A DNA stretch of 49,391 nucleotides from Ruminococcus sp. (GCA_023663235.1 JAMPHW010000001.1:1-49391), one strand, 5' to 3'. Positions 29,273 to 40,255 are shown, counted from the first letter of the stretch. The notes: generated from the sequence alone by a model not told the origin. Numbers and translations: made by a program.

Positions 29273-30266
29273 CTTTAACCATATCCTTAAATAGCCCATA
29301 AATATAGTTTTCTATATCAAAAGTTCTTAAATCTTCCATTTTTTCACCTAAACCAATAAATTTTACTGGAATATTAACACTTTCTTTTATTGCTAAAACA
29401 ATACCACCCTTAGCTGTACCATCAAGCTTAGTTAAAACAATACCTGTTATATTAGTTATTTCTTTAAAACTTTCAGCCTGTAAAATACCATTTTGACCTG
29501 TTGCAGCATCTATTACTAATAATGTTTCTTGAGGTGCACCTGGAATAATACCTGCGATAACTTTATTAATCTTTTCAAGTTCTTTCATTAAATTAGTTTT
29601 ATTTTGAAGTCTACCTGCTGTATCCACTAAAACTATATCAACATTTTCCTTCTTAGCCATATTAAGTCCATCATAAATAACACCAGCTGGATCGGTATTT
29701 TCTTTTCCGAAGAATAAACTATCAGTTTTTAAAGCCCATTCTTCTAATTGTGGAACAGCTCCCGCTCTAAATGTATCACCTGCTATAAGCATAACTTTTT
29801 TACCTTCATTTTTATACTTATAAGCAAGTTTACCAATTGTTGTAGTCTTACCAACACCATTTACTCCAACCATTAATATAACCGTCGGTCCATTTTCATT
29901 TATCTTTATTTTATCACTTAAAGATTCACCACTTACATAAATAATAAATAATTCATCAACAATTACTTCTTGTAAATAATTAGTATCAACAATATTTTCT
30001 TTTTTTACTCTATCCTTTAATCTATCAATAAATTTCATAACTGTATTAATACCAATATCTGCCATAATTAAAATATTTTCTAATTCATCAAAATAATCAT
30101 CACTAACCTTAGTATATTTATGTCCAAGCATACTAAGTTCATTTACAAATTCTTTTCTTGTTTTTTCTAAACCTTTATCATAAGCATTTATTTCTTCTTT
30201 TTCCTGTTTTTCTATAATTTCTTCTTTTTTCTTAAAACTATTTCTTAATTTATCAAATAAACCCAT
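29262..30266 (-). CDS. ftsY: SRP receptor
   Basis: GVNGVGKTTT, DTFRAGA, DTAGRLQ, TKLDGTAKGG. Confidence 0.97.
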   Translation of the reverse strand: MGLFDKLRNSFKKKEEIIEKQEKEEINAYDKGLEKTRKEFVNELSMLGHKYTKVSDDYFDELENILIMADIGINTVMKFIDRLKDRVKKENIVDTNYLQEVIVDELFIIYVSGESLSDKIKINENGPTVILMVGVNGVGKTTTIGKLAYKYKNEGKKVMLIAGDTFRAGAVPQLEEWALKTDSLFFGKENTDPAGVIYDGLNMAKKENVDIVLVDTAGRLQNKTNLMKELEKINKVIAGIIPGAPQETLLVIDAATGQNGILQAESFKEITNITGIVLTKLDGTAKGGIVLAIKESVNIPVKFIGLGEKMEDLRTFDIENYIYGLFKDMVKDGE

Positions 30267-30317
30267 ATTAATTTCTCCTTTAAATTAAGTATAACATAAA
30301 TTATTTTCCATTAAAAT

Positions 30318-30350
30318 AAAAAGAAGTGAATATCTAATTAAAACACTTCT
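30318..30350 (-). terminator. terminator after the surface protein gene
   Basis: AGAAGTG...CACTTCT stem with a T-run on the minus strand. Confidence 0.45.
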
Positions 30351-31732
30351 TAAACTACTTTATAAGGATTCTCCTGTGTTCCATCACCAGTTAAAGTAAC
30401 ATCAGCACGAATATTAATTACAGGACGAATACCATATGTGGTGTGTACGCTGTAGTAGAAGAGACATCCATCAAAATACACGTCATACACAGTAGCATCT
30501 GTAGCGCTAAGTGGAGACATTGTCCAGTAGCTTAGGTCTGTATCTAAGTAGTTGCCTGATGATGATATACTATATGCCATTCCTGCATATGATACTTCAT
30601 CGGCCGTTATTAACCCGACTGGATTTTCTAATTTATTATTTCCTAAATCAGACTCACTATATGTATATAAATCTAAACTATCGGGACATTTTAATGTTGG
30701 AGTTACTTTCGTTGAGGTAGGTGTTGGAGCGCTACCTCCAGGAAATAATCTCAAATATGCTCCATAATATGTTGTAGTTATTCCTGTTCCTCCTTGATTA
30801 TTTATTGATGCATTATCTGTACTTGGAGTTCTATCTCCACAGAATCCTGCATTTAAATCTATTTTATCAAAGTATGCAGAACCTTGCTTTATATTTGAAT
30901 TTTCAAACCATTTATTTAACTCTGTATAAGCATTCGATGGGTAAGTTAAGCCTCTTAATTCTCCATCTTCTCCATACATATATCCTACATATCTATTATT
31001 ATTGTAACTACTATTAAATGCACTTGTTCCTATTTGTGTGCCCTCTCCTTTTTCATTAGGTTCTGTTCCTTGATATATCATTCTTATTGAACCATTTCCA
31101 TTTACTCTTATGATTCGCCAATAATATCCTCCAAACTCTACCCAGTTGTTTGTTGGATTTCCTGCAAAATAATAACTTGTGCCTTCATCATCTTCGGCTT
31201 CATATATATCACTATTGGTTTTTACATATGGTACATTAAATGATCTTAATTCGGTATTTCTTTCTGCTAAATCTGTATTGGCTATTATTGTTTTACATGC
31301 ACTTCCACACTTATCTGATATCTTCTCAAAGTATAAGATACATTTATCTCCCTTTGTTAAGTTTGATATGATATGTTCTCCATTTTCATTGGTATATAAT
31401 CTTGAGTTACTATCTATATTATCTTTTGTTCCTATATAACAATAACTATTCTTTTTACTTATAACATATCCCTCACTTGGCATCCGTCCATCTTTTAATT
31501 CGCTATATTTTCTATTATTCTTAATCTCAGTACCATTACTATCACTTATATACATACTTATTATATTAAAATCATATGGTGTTGATTTTACTGTTCCTTC
31601 TGCTAATTCTAGTGTTGCTGTTACTCTATAGGCTGCTCTACTTACCAATAATGTTACTGTTAGTATTATTGCTAGTCCTACTATTACTCCATACACTATT
31701 TTTTTATTATCTCTTAATCTTTCTACCTTCAT
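30350..31732 (-). CDS. membrane-anchored surface protein with C-terminal CLec-like domain; candidate DGR target
   Basis: N-terminal TM; YWRIIRVNGNGS, VGLITADE, YWTMSP...GIRPVIN...GDGT..NPY. Confidence 0.75.
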   Translation of the reverse strand: MKVERLRDNKKIVYGVIVGLAIILTVTLLVSRAAYRVTATLELAEGTVKSTPYDFNIISMYISDSNGTEIKNNRKYSELKDGRMPSEGYVISKKNSYCYIGTKDNIDSNSRLYTNENGEHIISNLTKGDKCILYFEKISDKCGSACKTIIANTDLAERNTELRSFNVPYVKTNSDIYEAEDDEGTSYYFAGNPTNNWVEFGGYYWRIIRVNGNGSIRMIYQGTEPNEKGEGTQIGTSAFNSSYNNNRYVGYMYGEDGELRGLTYPSNAYTELNKWFENSNIKQGSAYFDKIDLNAGFCGDRTPSTDNASINNQGGTGITTTYYGAYLRLFPGGSAPTPTSTKVTPTLKCPDSLDLYTYSESDLGNNKLENPVGLITADEVSYAGMAYSISSSGNYLDTDLSYWTMSPLSATDATVYDVYFDGCLFYYSVHTTYGIRPVINIRADVTLTGDGTQENPYKVV

Positions 31733-32066
31733 TAATATCTTCCTTTACTTTTCTTATTATACCCAAGTTTTTATTATCTTTCATCATCTTCGACAAAACA
31801 TTACAAAAACTATTATATTTTTCTAATATATTTTTATTATACAATATTACTGATAGATTATCAATATCATTTAACCACAATTTAATTAATTTAATCACCA
31901 TAAAAATTCATAGTCTTTTTTATAGTAATTTAATGTAATTATAAAATAATAATTAAAAAAATAAAAAGTATTAATAATAAACAAATTAAAATAATAAATA
32001 TAAATATAATGAATTATAAGTAGATTTAATTTTTATCACATTTTGTACTTTTTTGTAGAGTTTCAT

Positions 32067-32095
32067 TTGCATAAACAATTCTTTTAAGTTATAAT
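32067..32095 (+). promoter_or_regulatory. sigA promoter of ftsK
   Basis: TTGCAT-N17-TATAAT. Confidence 0.55.
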
Positions 32096-32112
32096 TATAA
32101 TTGGTGAATAAA

Positions 32113-34380
32113 ATGGCAAAGAAGAAAAAAACAAAAGCATCAGAAAAAGAAAGCTTTGAATATAGTGTAGAATTAACAGGACTTATATTAATTTTAATTG
32201 GATTAATTGGTTTTGGCTTTGGTCCAGTCGGTTCTTATATCAAGAAATTTGCAATGTTTCTTGTGGGAGGATGGGCTTGGATATTTCTTTTAATATTTCT
32301 TTTAGTACTTGGAAGTTATATGTTGTTTAAACGTAAATTACCTAAATTCTTAAGTCAACGTTTAATAGGTTTATATGTTATTATCATTATTATTTTAGTC
32401 GCTTCTCATTTCGGTTTTATAAGAGAATGTAAAAATGCTGGCGATATTTTCGAAACAACTATTAATCAATATATGGATAGAATCTCAACAATCGGTGCTA
32501 ATACTGCTTTATTTACAAGTGGTGATACCTCTATTGAAATAGGTGGTGGTATTGTTGGAGCTCTATTCTCCGTTGTTCTAAGCTCCCTTTTTGGACTTAC
32601 TGGAACTAAAATAGTATCTGTAATTCTTGTCATATTTGGTTGTATCCTTTTATTTAACGTTACCCTAGCAGATATTTTTACTAAATTTAAAAATGGCTTC
32701 AAATCTATGCAAATTCCTGAAGTTCCCAAAGCTGATATTCCAAAAGAACCTATAATAACTGGTTCTAAAATGTATGATTATGAAGAACATAAAGATTTTA
32801 CCGAAGAACCTCTTCCTCCTAAAGATGATAAAATTGTTATTACTAGCATGGAGGAATTAAAAAACATTAAAGAAGAACCTAAAGAAAGCTTAGAAGAACC
32901 AACAAAGAAAACTTATGAAATAAATTCTAGCTACACTCTTCCCCCATTATCTCTATTAGATGATGTTAAAGAATCTAAAAAAGTTAACTCAAACAACTTC
33001 ATAAGAAGTAATAAAGAAAACCTAGAAAGAGTCCTAAATGATTTCCAAATAAAAGGCCAAGTAGTCGAAATACATATTGGGCCTGCTGTTACTCAATATG
33101 AAGTTAAAGTTCCAAGTGGTACTAAAGTTAGTCGCATAAGTGGTATTAATAAAGAAATAGCTCTTGCCCTAGCTGCTAAAGATGTTCGTATTCAAGCTCC
33201 CATTCCAGGAAAAAGCACCATCGGTATTGAAATTCCGAATCCGAGTATAAGTATGGTTCAATTTAAAGAAGTACTTGCTTATGAAAATAAAGAAAATAGT
33301 GGTGCCAAAATACTTGTTGCTTTAGGAAAAGATATCATGGGTAAACCTGAACTTGTTGATTTAGCTAAAATGCCTCACCTTTTAATCGCTGGTTCTACTG
33401 GTTCTGGTAAATCTGTATGTACTAATACTATTATCTGTTCTATTTTAATGCGATATAAACCTGATGAAGTAAAATTAATGCTAGTTGATCCTAAAAAAGT
33501 TGAATTATCCAATTATAATGGGGTTCCTCACCTATTATGTCCTGTTGTAAGTGACCCTAAAAAAGCTAGTATTGCCCTTCAAAAATTAGTCGCCGAAATG
33601 GAAAAACGCTATGACTTATTTAGTGAAAAAAATGTTAAAAACATTGGTAGTTATAACGAATTAGTTGATAAAGAAAATAAAAATAAAGATACTCCAACTC
33701 CACATATGCATTATATAGTTGCTATAATCGATGAGTTAGCTGACTTAATGTTAGTAGCTTCTAAAGAAGTTGAAGATTCTATTATGCGTATTACCCAAAT
33801 GGCTCGTGCCGCTGGTATTCATTTAATTGTTGCCACCCAAAGACCTTCAACTGATGTCATTACAGGTGTTGTAAAAGCAAACATCCCATCTCGTATAGCT
33901 TTTGCTGTAGCATCTAATATCGATTCACGTACTATCTTAGATTCTAGTGGAGCTGAAAAACTGCTTGGTAAAGGTGATATGTTATATTTACCTATGGGTT
34001 CTAACGTGCCTACTCGTATTCAAGGTTGTTTCATAAATGATGATGAAATAGCAAGAATTATTGGTCATGTATGTAAAGAACAAAGTGCTCATTATGATGA
34101 AAATATGGAAAATCTAAATCCTAATGGCGCTGGTATTCATGGCTCTCCAGGTGAAACAGAAGAATATGATGACCCTTTATATAATGAAATCGTTGAATTT
34201 GCTATTCAATCAGGTAAAATAAGTACTTCTCTACTTCAAAGAAGATTTAGATTAGGCTATAATCGTGCCGCTCGTGTTATTGATTTACTTGAAGAAAGAG
34301 GTATAATTGGACCAGCCAACGGTTCTAAACCTCGAGAAGTTCTAGTTAAATTAGAAGATAATACTAATAACGCTGAATAA
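32113..34380 (+). CDS. ftsK: DNA translocase FtsK/SpoIIIE
   Basis: N-terminal TMs, PHLLIAGSTGSGKS, IDELADLM, ARAAGIHL, gamma domain LQRRFRLGYNRAAR. Confidence 0.97.
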   Translation: MAKKKKTKASEKESFEYSVELTGLILILIGLIGFGFGPVGSYIKKFAMFLVGGWAWIFLLIFLLVLGSYMLFKRKLPKFLSQRLIGLYVIIIIILVASHFGFIRECKNAGDIFETTINQYMDRISTIGANTALFTSGDTSIEIGGGIVGALFSVVLSSLFGLTGTKIVSVILVIFGCILLFNVTLADIFTKFKNGFKSMQIPEVPKADIPKEPIITGSKMYDYEEHKDFTEEPLPPKDDKIVITSMEELKNIKEEPKESLEEPTKKTYEINSSYTLPPLSLLDDVKESKKVNSNNFIRSNKENLERVLNDFQIKGQVVEIHIGPAVTQYEVKVPSGTKVSRISGINKEIALALAAKDVRIQAPIPGKSTIGIEIPNPSISMVQFKEVLAYENKENSGAKILVALGKDIMGKPELVDLAKMPHLLIAGSTGSGKSVCTNTIICSILMRYKPDEVKLMLVDPKKVELSNYNGVPHLLCPVVSDPKKASIALQKLVAEMEKRYDLFSEKNVKNIGSYNELVDKENKNKDTPTPHMHYIVAIIDELADLMLVASKEVEDSIMRITQMARAAGIHLIVATQRPSTDVITGVVKANIPSRIAFAVASNIDSRTILDSSGAEKLLGKGDMLYLPMGSNVPTRIQGCFINDDEIARIIGHVCKEQSAHYDENMENLNPNGAGIHGSPGETEEYDDPLYNEIVEFAIQSGKISTSLLQRRFRLGYNRAARVIDLLEERGIIGPANGSKPREVLVKLEDNTNNAE

Positions 34381-34442
34381 AAAAGTTAATTGCAAATAAG
34401 ATTATAATATGTTAAAATACATATATGAAAGGATATGGTTTT

Positions 34443-34952
34443 ATGAATAATAGTAAAAACCAATCACTAAAAAAAGCTTTAATATTTCTATTAAGTATCA
34501 TTGTTATAGGCTTTCTAGCTCTATACATTTATAAATGGATAGATGTTAAAGAACAATCTAAATATATAAAAAGCTATTTAATTGATACCAATACTATTAA
34601 TTTAGAGATGACTGATATTAATGAAATTAGTTCTGTTTTATCTGAAACAGCTAGTGATTATTACATATACATAAGTTATACTAAAGACAAAAACATCTAT
34701 GAATTTGAAAAGAAATTAAAGCCTTTAATAGATAAATATAATCTTCAAAATAACTTCTATTACTTAAATATAACTGATATTAAAGAAAATGATACTAAAT
34801 ACAAAGAAAAAATAACCAAAGAACTTGGTATTGAAACTAAAACATTAAATAAATTACCAGTTATTCTTTACTATCAAAATGGTAAAATCATTAGAAGTAA
34901 TATTCATACTATAAATGATTTCAAAGAATTATTAGAAAGCCAAGAACACTAA
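34443..34952 (+). CDS. membrane-anchored thioredoxin-like-fold protein without CxxC
   Basis: TM, then YYIYISY...FYYLNI...LPVILYYQNGK; upstream TTGCAA-N17-TAAAAT. Confidence 0.55.
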   Translation: MNNSKNQSLKKALIFLLSIIVIGFLALYIYKWIDVKEQSKYIKSYLIDTNTINLEMTDINEISSVLSETASDYYIYISYTKDKNIYEFEKKLKPLIDKYNLQNNFYYLNITDIKENDTKYKEKITKELGIETKTLNKLPVILYYQNGKIIRSNIHTINDFKELLESQEH

Positions 34953-34963
34953 TAGTTCTTTTT

Positions 34964-36139
34964 TTATCGCCAATAATTATTATATTCTCCTTCATTTTGA
35001 TAAAAGTTATCCATATCTATTTGCCATTTAAAATAACTATACATATTATTCTTATTATAAGTTTTGAGAACTACTCCAAAAGTACCACCAACACCCCATA
35101 AACTTTCTGCTACATAATATTTGCCATCATTAATACCAACTAAAATAGCTATATGTCCCCCATTTAATTTAGGCCCACTAAGTAAATCTCCTACTTTTAA
35201 ACTATCATTATTTAAAGCTTCTTTAATACTTATCTTATTTCCTAAATCTGTCATATCTTTATAGCTAGTTATACCTGCTCCAATATCTCCTGGATCATAT
35301 CCACCATTTACTAACACCCAAGTAATAAAACCACTACAATCAAGACCATTTCTTCGGTTTTCACCTACAACATTCATATAAATATTACATCCCCATATAT
35401 TAGGCCCTCTTAAACTTTTAATAATACCATCAAATCTTGATGCATTTAAATACAATCCTTTATGATAATATCTACCTTCTCCATCAACATAATAAGTTAC
35501 ATTATTTGTTTCTAACCTTCCATTTTCAGAAAAATAACTTATCTTATAAGGAAATTCTAACGTTAAGAATCGAGCCGCTGCTACCGCTCCTCCTCTTGTT
35601 CCAAGCCCTGCTTCTTTAACTCTATTTTCAAGTATTTTATCAAGTAAATCGTTTTCTTCTTTAGTGTATCTATTACAAGCTAAAAGATTCTTTTTATCAT
35701 TAGGTTCAATAGGTTTAATATTAATTAAATTAGTAACAGTTACTTTTATTTCCTTTTTTAAATCTCCAAGTTGTATAATAATCTTTGTTTCTCCTTCTCC
35801 ACAACCCATTACTAAACCAACTTCATTAACTCTAGCTATATTTTCGTCTAAACTACTAAAAATAACTTTATCTTCTATATCTTTTTCCATATCAAAACTG
35901 TATTCAATAAAAGTATTGTCATTTAAAGCTAAATATATCTCTTCATTTTTTATTTTAATATCTATACCATTATTTTTCTCATTTACTGTCATAGGAATAT
36001 TTAAATAAATAGTTTCCTGTATTAAATTATCTTCAAAAACTAAAGATTTAACATATAATTCTATTCCTATAATTAATAAAACAACTATAATAACTAATAT
36101 TTCAATAGTAACTATATCTTCCTCTTTATTCTTCCTCAT
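34964..36139 (-). CDS. Ig-like (Big_2) plus NlpC/P60-like cell-wall peptidase
   Basis: FSSLDENIARVNEVGLV...GETKI; GLDCSGFITW, GDLL, GHIAI, YVAES. Confidence 0.7.
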   Translation of the reverse strand: MRKNKEEDIVTIEILVIIVVLLIIGIELYVKSLVFEDNLIQETIYLNIPMTVNEKNNGIDIKIKNEEIYLALNDNTFIEYSFDMEKDIEDKVIFSSLDENIARVNEVGLVMGCGEGETKIIIQLGDLKKEIKVTVTNLINIKPIEPNDKKNLLACNRYTKEENDLLDKILENRVKEAGLGTRGGAVAAARFLTLEFPYKISYFSENGRLETNNVTYYVDGEGRYYHKGLYLNASRFDGIIKSLRGPNIWGCNIYMNVVGENRRNGLDCSGFITWVLVNGGYDPGDIGAGITSYKDMTDLGNKISIKEALNNDSLKVGDLLSGPKLNGGHIAILVGINDGKYYVAESLWGVGGTFGVVLKTYNKNNMYSYFKWQIDMDNFYQNEGEYNNYWR

Positions 36140-36280
36140 AACTACACAGCCTTCTTAAATCTATTATACCCCAATTTCATATTCCTTATTAAATATAAAA
36201 TATATTATATTTTTATAATATATATTCATTATATCAAACAATCATAAAAAAAGATAATACTTCTATTACCTTTTGCTACT

Positions 36281-36925
36281 TTATCTAGATTTTTTATTTA
36301 AAGACCTCTTAGCTACATCAATTTCTTCACTATAATATGAATCTTTAAATTCATCTTCAAATTCGCCATATTTAGCTAATTGTAGATATTTACGACGAGA
36401 AGCCCCAACTTTATATAATAATTCTAATTGTCTATTTAAAGAGACTTTTTGCTTTTCAATATCTTTACTTAAATCAACAAAGCTTGGCTCTAAATCATGT
36501 GTTATCTCTTGGCTTACAGCACTTAAGCTTTCTTTTTGAGCATCGATTTCATCTAATCTATCATAAAGATAATCAATTTCTGAATTAAGGCCCTTTCTTT
36601 TTTTATTATTAACTGTTAAGCCAACTAAACTAATGGCTAAAGCTGCTAAACTTAGTTCTCCATATATTGCTGGAACAAGTAAACCATTAACGCAACATAT
36701 AGTGCCAATAATTCCTAAAACTCCAATGCTCCCAAAGACTCCTAACCATTTCTTTATTTTAGATTTTTTACTATATTTTTGAATCATTTGCTTATTTACA
36801 ATTTCTGCTTCATTTTCAAGTTTTACTTCTTCTTCCGTTAATGAGTGAGCTTCTCTAAAATCAGGCTTAACTCTATCATCAACAATTAATACTTTTTTAC
36901 CACTATAAAATAATGCATTTTTCAT
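36281..36925 (-). CDS. hypothetical two-TM coiled-coil protein
   Basis: 214-aa ORF with RBS and consensus promoter. Confidence 0.75.
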   Translation of the reverse strand: MKNALFYSGKKVLIVDDRVKPDFREAHSLTEEEVKLENEAEIVNKQMIQKYSKKSKIKKWLGVFGSIGVLGIIGTICCVNGLLVPAIYGELSLAALAISLVGLTVNNKKRKGLNSEIDYLYDRLDEIDAQKESLSAVSQEITHDLEPSFVDLSKDIEKQKVSLNRQLELLYKVGASRRKYLQLAKYGEFEDEFKDSYYSEEIDVAKRSLNKKSR

Positions 36926-36952
36926 TAAAATTCCCCCTTAAAAATTAAACAT

Positions 36953-36981
36953 AGTATAACATATATCTAAAAATATGTCAA
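36953..36981 (-). promoter_or_regulatory. sigA promoter
   Basis: TTGACA-N17-TATACT with extended TG. Confidence 0.7.
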
Positions 36982-36989
36982 GTTAGTGA

Positions 36990-37616
36990 CTATTTATTGT
37001 TTTTATAATACTTACAGATATCTTTAAAAAGACAATTTTCACACTCAGGTTTTATCGCTTTACAATTATATCTTCCAAATAAAACTAATTGATGATGTAT
37101 CTTACTCCAAGTGTTTTTAGGAAATTTCTTCATTAATTTTTTTTCAACAGTTAAAACATTATCATTATCTTTAGCTAAGCCTAACCTTTTTGAAACTCGC
37201 TCAACATGAGTATCAACTGCAATCGCTGGAACATCATAAAGATTTGATAAAACAACATTACAAGTCTTTCTTCCTACTCCAGGCAAACTCTCTAAATATT
37301 CCCGATTATTAGGAACATTTCCATCATAATCTTTAATTAGTCTCTCTGCAATAGTTTTTAAATATATTGCCTTTTTGGTATATGATCCACATGATCTTAT
37401 AATATTTTCTATGTCCTTTAAATTCGCCTCGGCAAGAGTTTTTAAATCATATTTATCCCATAAAACTTTTGTAACAGTATTTACTCTTTTATCAGTACAT
37501 TGAGCACTTAAAACTGTTGCAATTAAAAGCTCATAATCTTTATTATAGTTAAGCTCACATAAAGCATCAGGATAATATTTATTCAAAATTTCAATTATTA
37601 CTTCCGTCTTCATCAT
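36990..37616 (-). CDS. nth: endonuclease III
   Basis: LSAQCTD, LPGVGRKT, AVDTHV, C-x6-C-x2-C-x5-C. Confidence 0.96.
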   Translation of the reverse strand: MMKTEVIIEILNKYYPDALCELNYNKDYELLIATVLSAQCTDKRVNTVTKVLWDKYDLKTLAEANLKDIENIIRSCGSYTKKAIYLKTIAERLIKDYDGNVPNNREYLESLPGVGRKTCNVVLSNLYDVPAIAVDTHVERVSKRLGLAKDNDNVLTVEKKLMKKFPKNTWSKIHHQLVLFGRYNCKAIKPECENCLFKDICKYYKNNK

Positions 37617-38235
37617 CTAACCAATTATAATCAAATATATCCTTTCTAATTTCATTAAAATCACTCTTTGTTACTAAATGTTTATTAACATCTTCTAAAT
37701 TTTTAAATCCTTTTTTGTGCCATTCATATAAAATCTTATCTATATATCTTAAATTTTTAACTCCATTATATACAGCTTCCCTTAAAGCTCCAATAATAAG
37801 TTCTTCACTAAATCCTTTTTCTAACCAAGCATTTATTATTTCATATTCCATTCCACTTAAAGTTCTGCCAAACTCCGTTTCAAACGTACTATAAATATCT
37901 GTTTTAATCTCCTCTTTAGTAACTTCTTTTTCTTCTTCACCAATCATATTATAAAAATTATCTAAACTAACTTTTTCAATCATTCTGCCTTCAATATCTT
38001 TAATAGTTTCCACACTTATAATTTTTTTTGATAATAAACTATTAAAAGTAACATAACTGCTATCTAATTTTAATCCCAAATTATTACCTAACGCTTCCAT
38101 ATCTAAATAACCATTATAATCATTATCAAAATACATTAACATCAAAAACTCTTCTAAAGAAAGATTTAAACTTCTAGCTTTTTTAATAAATATATTATTA
38201 GTAACATACTTCTTACATTTCCAAAAATTATTCAT
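37591..38235 (-). CDS. dnaD: DnaD primosomal protein
   Basis: FETEFGRTLS, ALREAV, RYIDKILYEW; dnaD-nth synteny. Confidence 0.9.
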   Translation of the reverse strand: MNNFWKCKKYVTNNIFIKKARSLNLSLEEFLMLMYFDNDYNGYLDMEALGNNLGLKLDSSYVTFNSLLSKKIISVETIKDIEGRMIEKVSLDNFYNMIGEEEKEVTKEEIKTDIYSTFETEFGRTLSGMEYEIINAWLEKGFSEELIIGALREAVYNGVKNLRYIDKILYEWHKKGFKNLEDVNKHLVTKSDFNEIRKDIFDYNWLDDEDGSNN

Positions 38236-39323
38236 TTAAGCCACCTTTCTTTATTATTTGCTATATACCTTACTATAACATCTTGCTTATTAATTATTTT
38301 ACCACTAATAATATTATTTTCAAGTTCTCCTAAAATCTTGCTTACTTTATTAGCATTATCTTGACCTATAATATTAATAATTTCTTGAGCGTCAATATCT
38401 ATATCATTACGTTCTTTAATGGGCATATCCTTATATATTTTATTTACCATTTTTTTACTTATATTAAGAATACTAGCCCCTACTTGACTTAAATATAACC
38501 CATATTTATAAATTGTAAAACTATTTATTTTATCACTCTTTATTATTTCTTTTAATTTTCTTATATGTTCTTTCTCTACTTTAGTAAAAGGTATATTATA
38601 ATTAATATCAATCTGTGCATACATAGCCTCTATATTTTTAACAGGTATAATCTTATCATAACTAATCCCAAGAAGCTCTATAATCCCTAATTCTTTTAAT
38701 AGATTTAAACCTTTTATTATATTTTCTGATAATAAGATTTTATCTAATTCCGCTTTTATTCTCGTATTAGATAATGTTAAAATAAGAGCCTTTTCTTTCT
38801 TTATAACTTTATATAATTCTTTATCTAAATTAAAATCTAAAACTATTGCAAATCTTAAAGCTCGCATAATTCTAAGAGGATCTTCTTTTATTTTTAAAGT
38901 AATATCACCAATCATTTTAACTTTCTTATCCCTTATATCTTTAGTACCTTTTAAAAGATCAATTATATCCCCATTTTTATTCATACATATAGCATTCATT
39001 CTAAAATCTCTTCTATTTAAATCTTCAACTAAATTATTAACATAATTAAACTTAATAGGTCTTCTATTGGAATACTCTATCTCTTTACGATAAGTAGTTA
39101 TCTCAAAATTATACTCTTTTTTCTTAAATTCAATTCCTCCTAAATTTCTAGTTGTACTATTAGGAAATATTTTTATTAATTCTTTAGGTGTTGCATTCGT
39201 ACATATATCTATATCAAAAGAAGATTTACCCAATAGTAAATCACGAACATAGCCACCTACAATATAGGCTTCAAATCCTTCATTCTCTAGTTTTTCTATT
39301 ATATTCTTAATTAACTTATGCAA
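38232..39323 (-). CDS. cca: CCA tRNA nucleotidyltransferase
   Basis: VGGYVRD, DIDI, RRDFRMNA, EDPLRIMRA. Confidence 0.92.
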   Translation of the reverse strand: MHKLIKNIIEKLENEGFEAYIVGGYVRDLLLGKSSFDIDICTNATPKELIKIFPNSTTRNLGGIEFKKKEYNFEITTYRKEIEYSNRRPIKFNYVNNLVEDLNRRDFRMNAICMNKNGDIIDLLKGTKDIRDKKVKMIGDITLKIKEDPLRIMRALRFAIVLDFNLDKELYKVIKKEKALILTLSNTRIKAELDKILLSENIIKGLNLLKELGIIELLGISYDKIIPVKNIEAMYAQIDINYNIPFTKVEKEHIRKLKEIIKSDKINSFTIYKYGLYLSQVGASILNISKKMVNKIYKDMPIKERNDIDIDAQEIINIIGQDNANKVSKILGELENNIISGKIINKQDVIVRYIANNKERWLK

Positions 39324-39377
39324 ATTATCACCTAATTAATTATAACATGTAACTAATGTTTATAGAATAATTTATCT

Positions 39378-40253
39378 TTAAAGTTTATTATTATCTTCTA
39401 AAAATTTCGTAACTTCATCTATTGTTTTATTAAAATCTTTAAAATTAACTTGAAACCAATTAATATCCATTTGATTATTAAACCAAGTATACTGCCTTTT
39501 GGCATAATTCCTCGTATTTTGTTGACATTCTTCCACAGCTTCTTTAAAACTTACTTTATTATCAAAAAATTCATACAATTCTTTATATCCAATCGCTGTA
39601 TTTAAAGCTTTACTCCTAATACCCCTAATATAAAAAGCTTTAACTTCATCTACTAAAGGTATAAGCATATCTAAAAATCTCTTATCTATTCTTTTGTATA
39701 ACTCTTCTCTATCAGTTGTTAAACCAATAAAAGTCGTATCATATAATAAATGATTTTTATCAAGTTTTTGAGTATCTTCACTAAGTAACGTTTTTAAAGT
39801 ACTTACAATTCTTCTTCTATTTTGGTAATCTATTTCTATCGTATCATCAATTTCTTTTATTTTATCAATTATTTCTTTATCGGATAACTCATCAACATAA
39901 TCTAAATTATCTGTATCTACAAAATCATAATTGTATAAAGCTGCTTTAATATAAAGTCCTGTTCCTCCAACAATTATAGGCACATGATTTCTTTTCTTTA
40001 TTTCTTCTATTTTTTCTCTACAATCTTTTTGAAAATCATAAACTGTATAATTATCATTTACTGAAACTATATCTAATAAATGATGCTTAATACCTTCTTT
40101 TTCTTTCTCTGTTACTTTGGCAGTCCCAATATCCATACCCTTATATACTTGAGTACTATCAGCATTTATTATCTCACCATTATAAATTTTAGCTAATCTA
40201 ACACTTAAAGCAGTCTTTCCTACACAAGTTGGACCAACAATACAAACAATCAT
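39378..40253 (-). CDS. miaA: tRNA dimethylallyltransferase
   Basis: GPTCVGKT, DSTQVYKGMDIGTAK, VGGTGLY, YAKRQYTW. Confidence 0.96.
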   Translation of the reverse strand: MIVCIVGPTCVGKTALSVRLAKIYNGEIINADSTQVYKGMDIGTAKVTEKEKEGIKHHLLDIVSVNDNYTVYDFQKDCREKIEEIKKRNHVPIIVGGTGLYIKAALYNYDFVDTDNLDYVDELSDKEIIDKIKEIDDTIEIDYQNRRRIVSTLKTLLSEDTQKLDKNHLLYDTTFIGLTTDREELYKRIDKRFLDMLIPLVDEVKAFYIRGIRSKALNTAIGYKELYEFFDNKVSFKEAVEECQQNTRNYAKRQYTWFNNQMDINWFQVNFKDFNKTIDEVTKFLEDNNKL

Positions 40254-40255
40254 TA

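Noticed and set aside
31576-32060. ORFs at 31576-31938 and 31707-31901, and the very AT-rich gap as a possible origin or ncRNA
   Set aside because: Low-complexity translations; no DnaA-box cluster or stable structure seen; consistent with a divergent promoter region.
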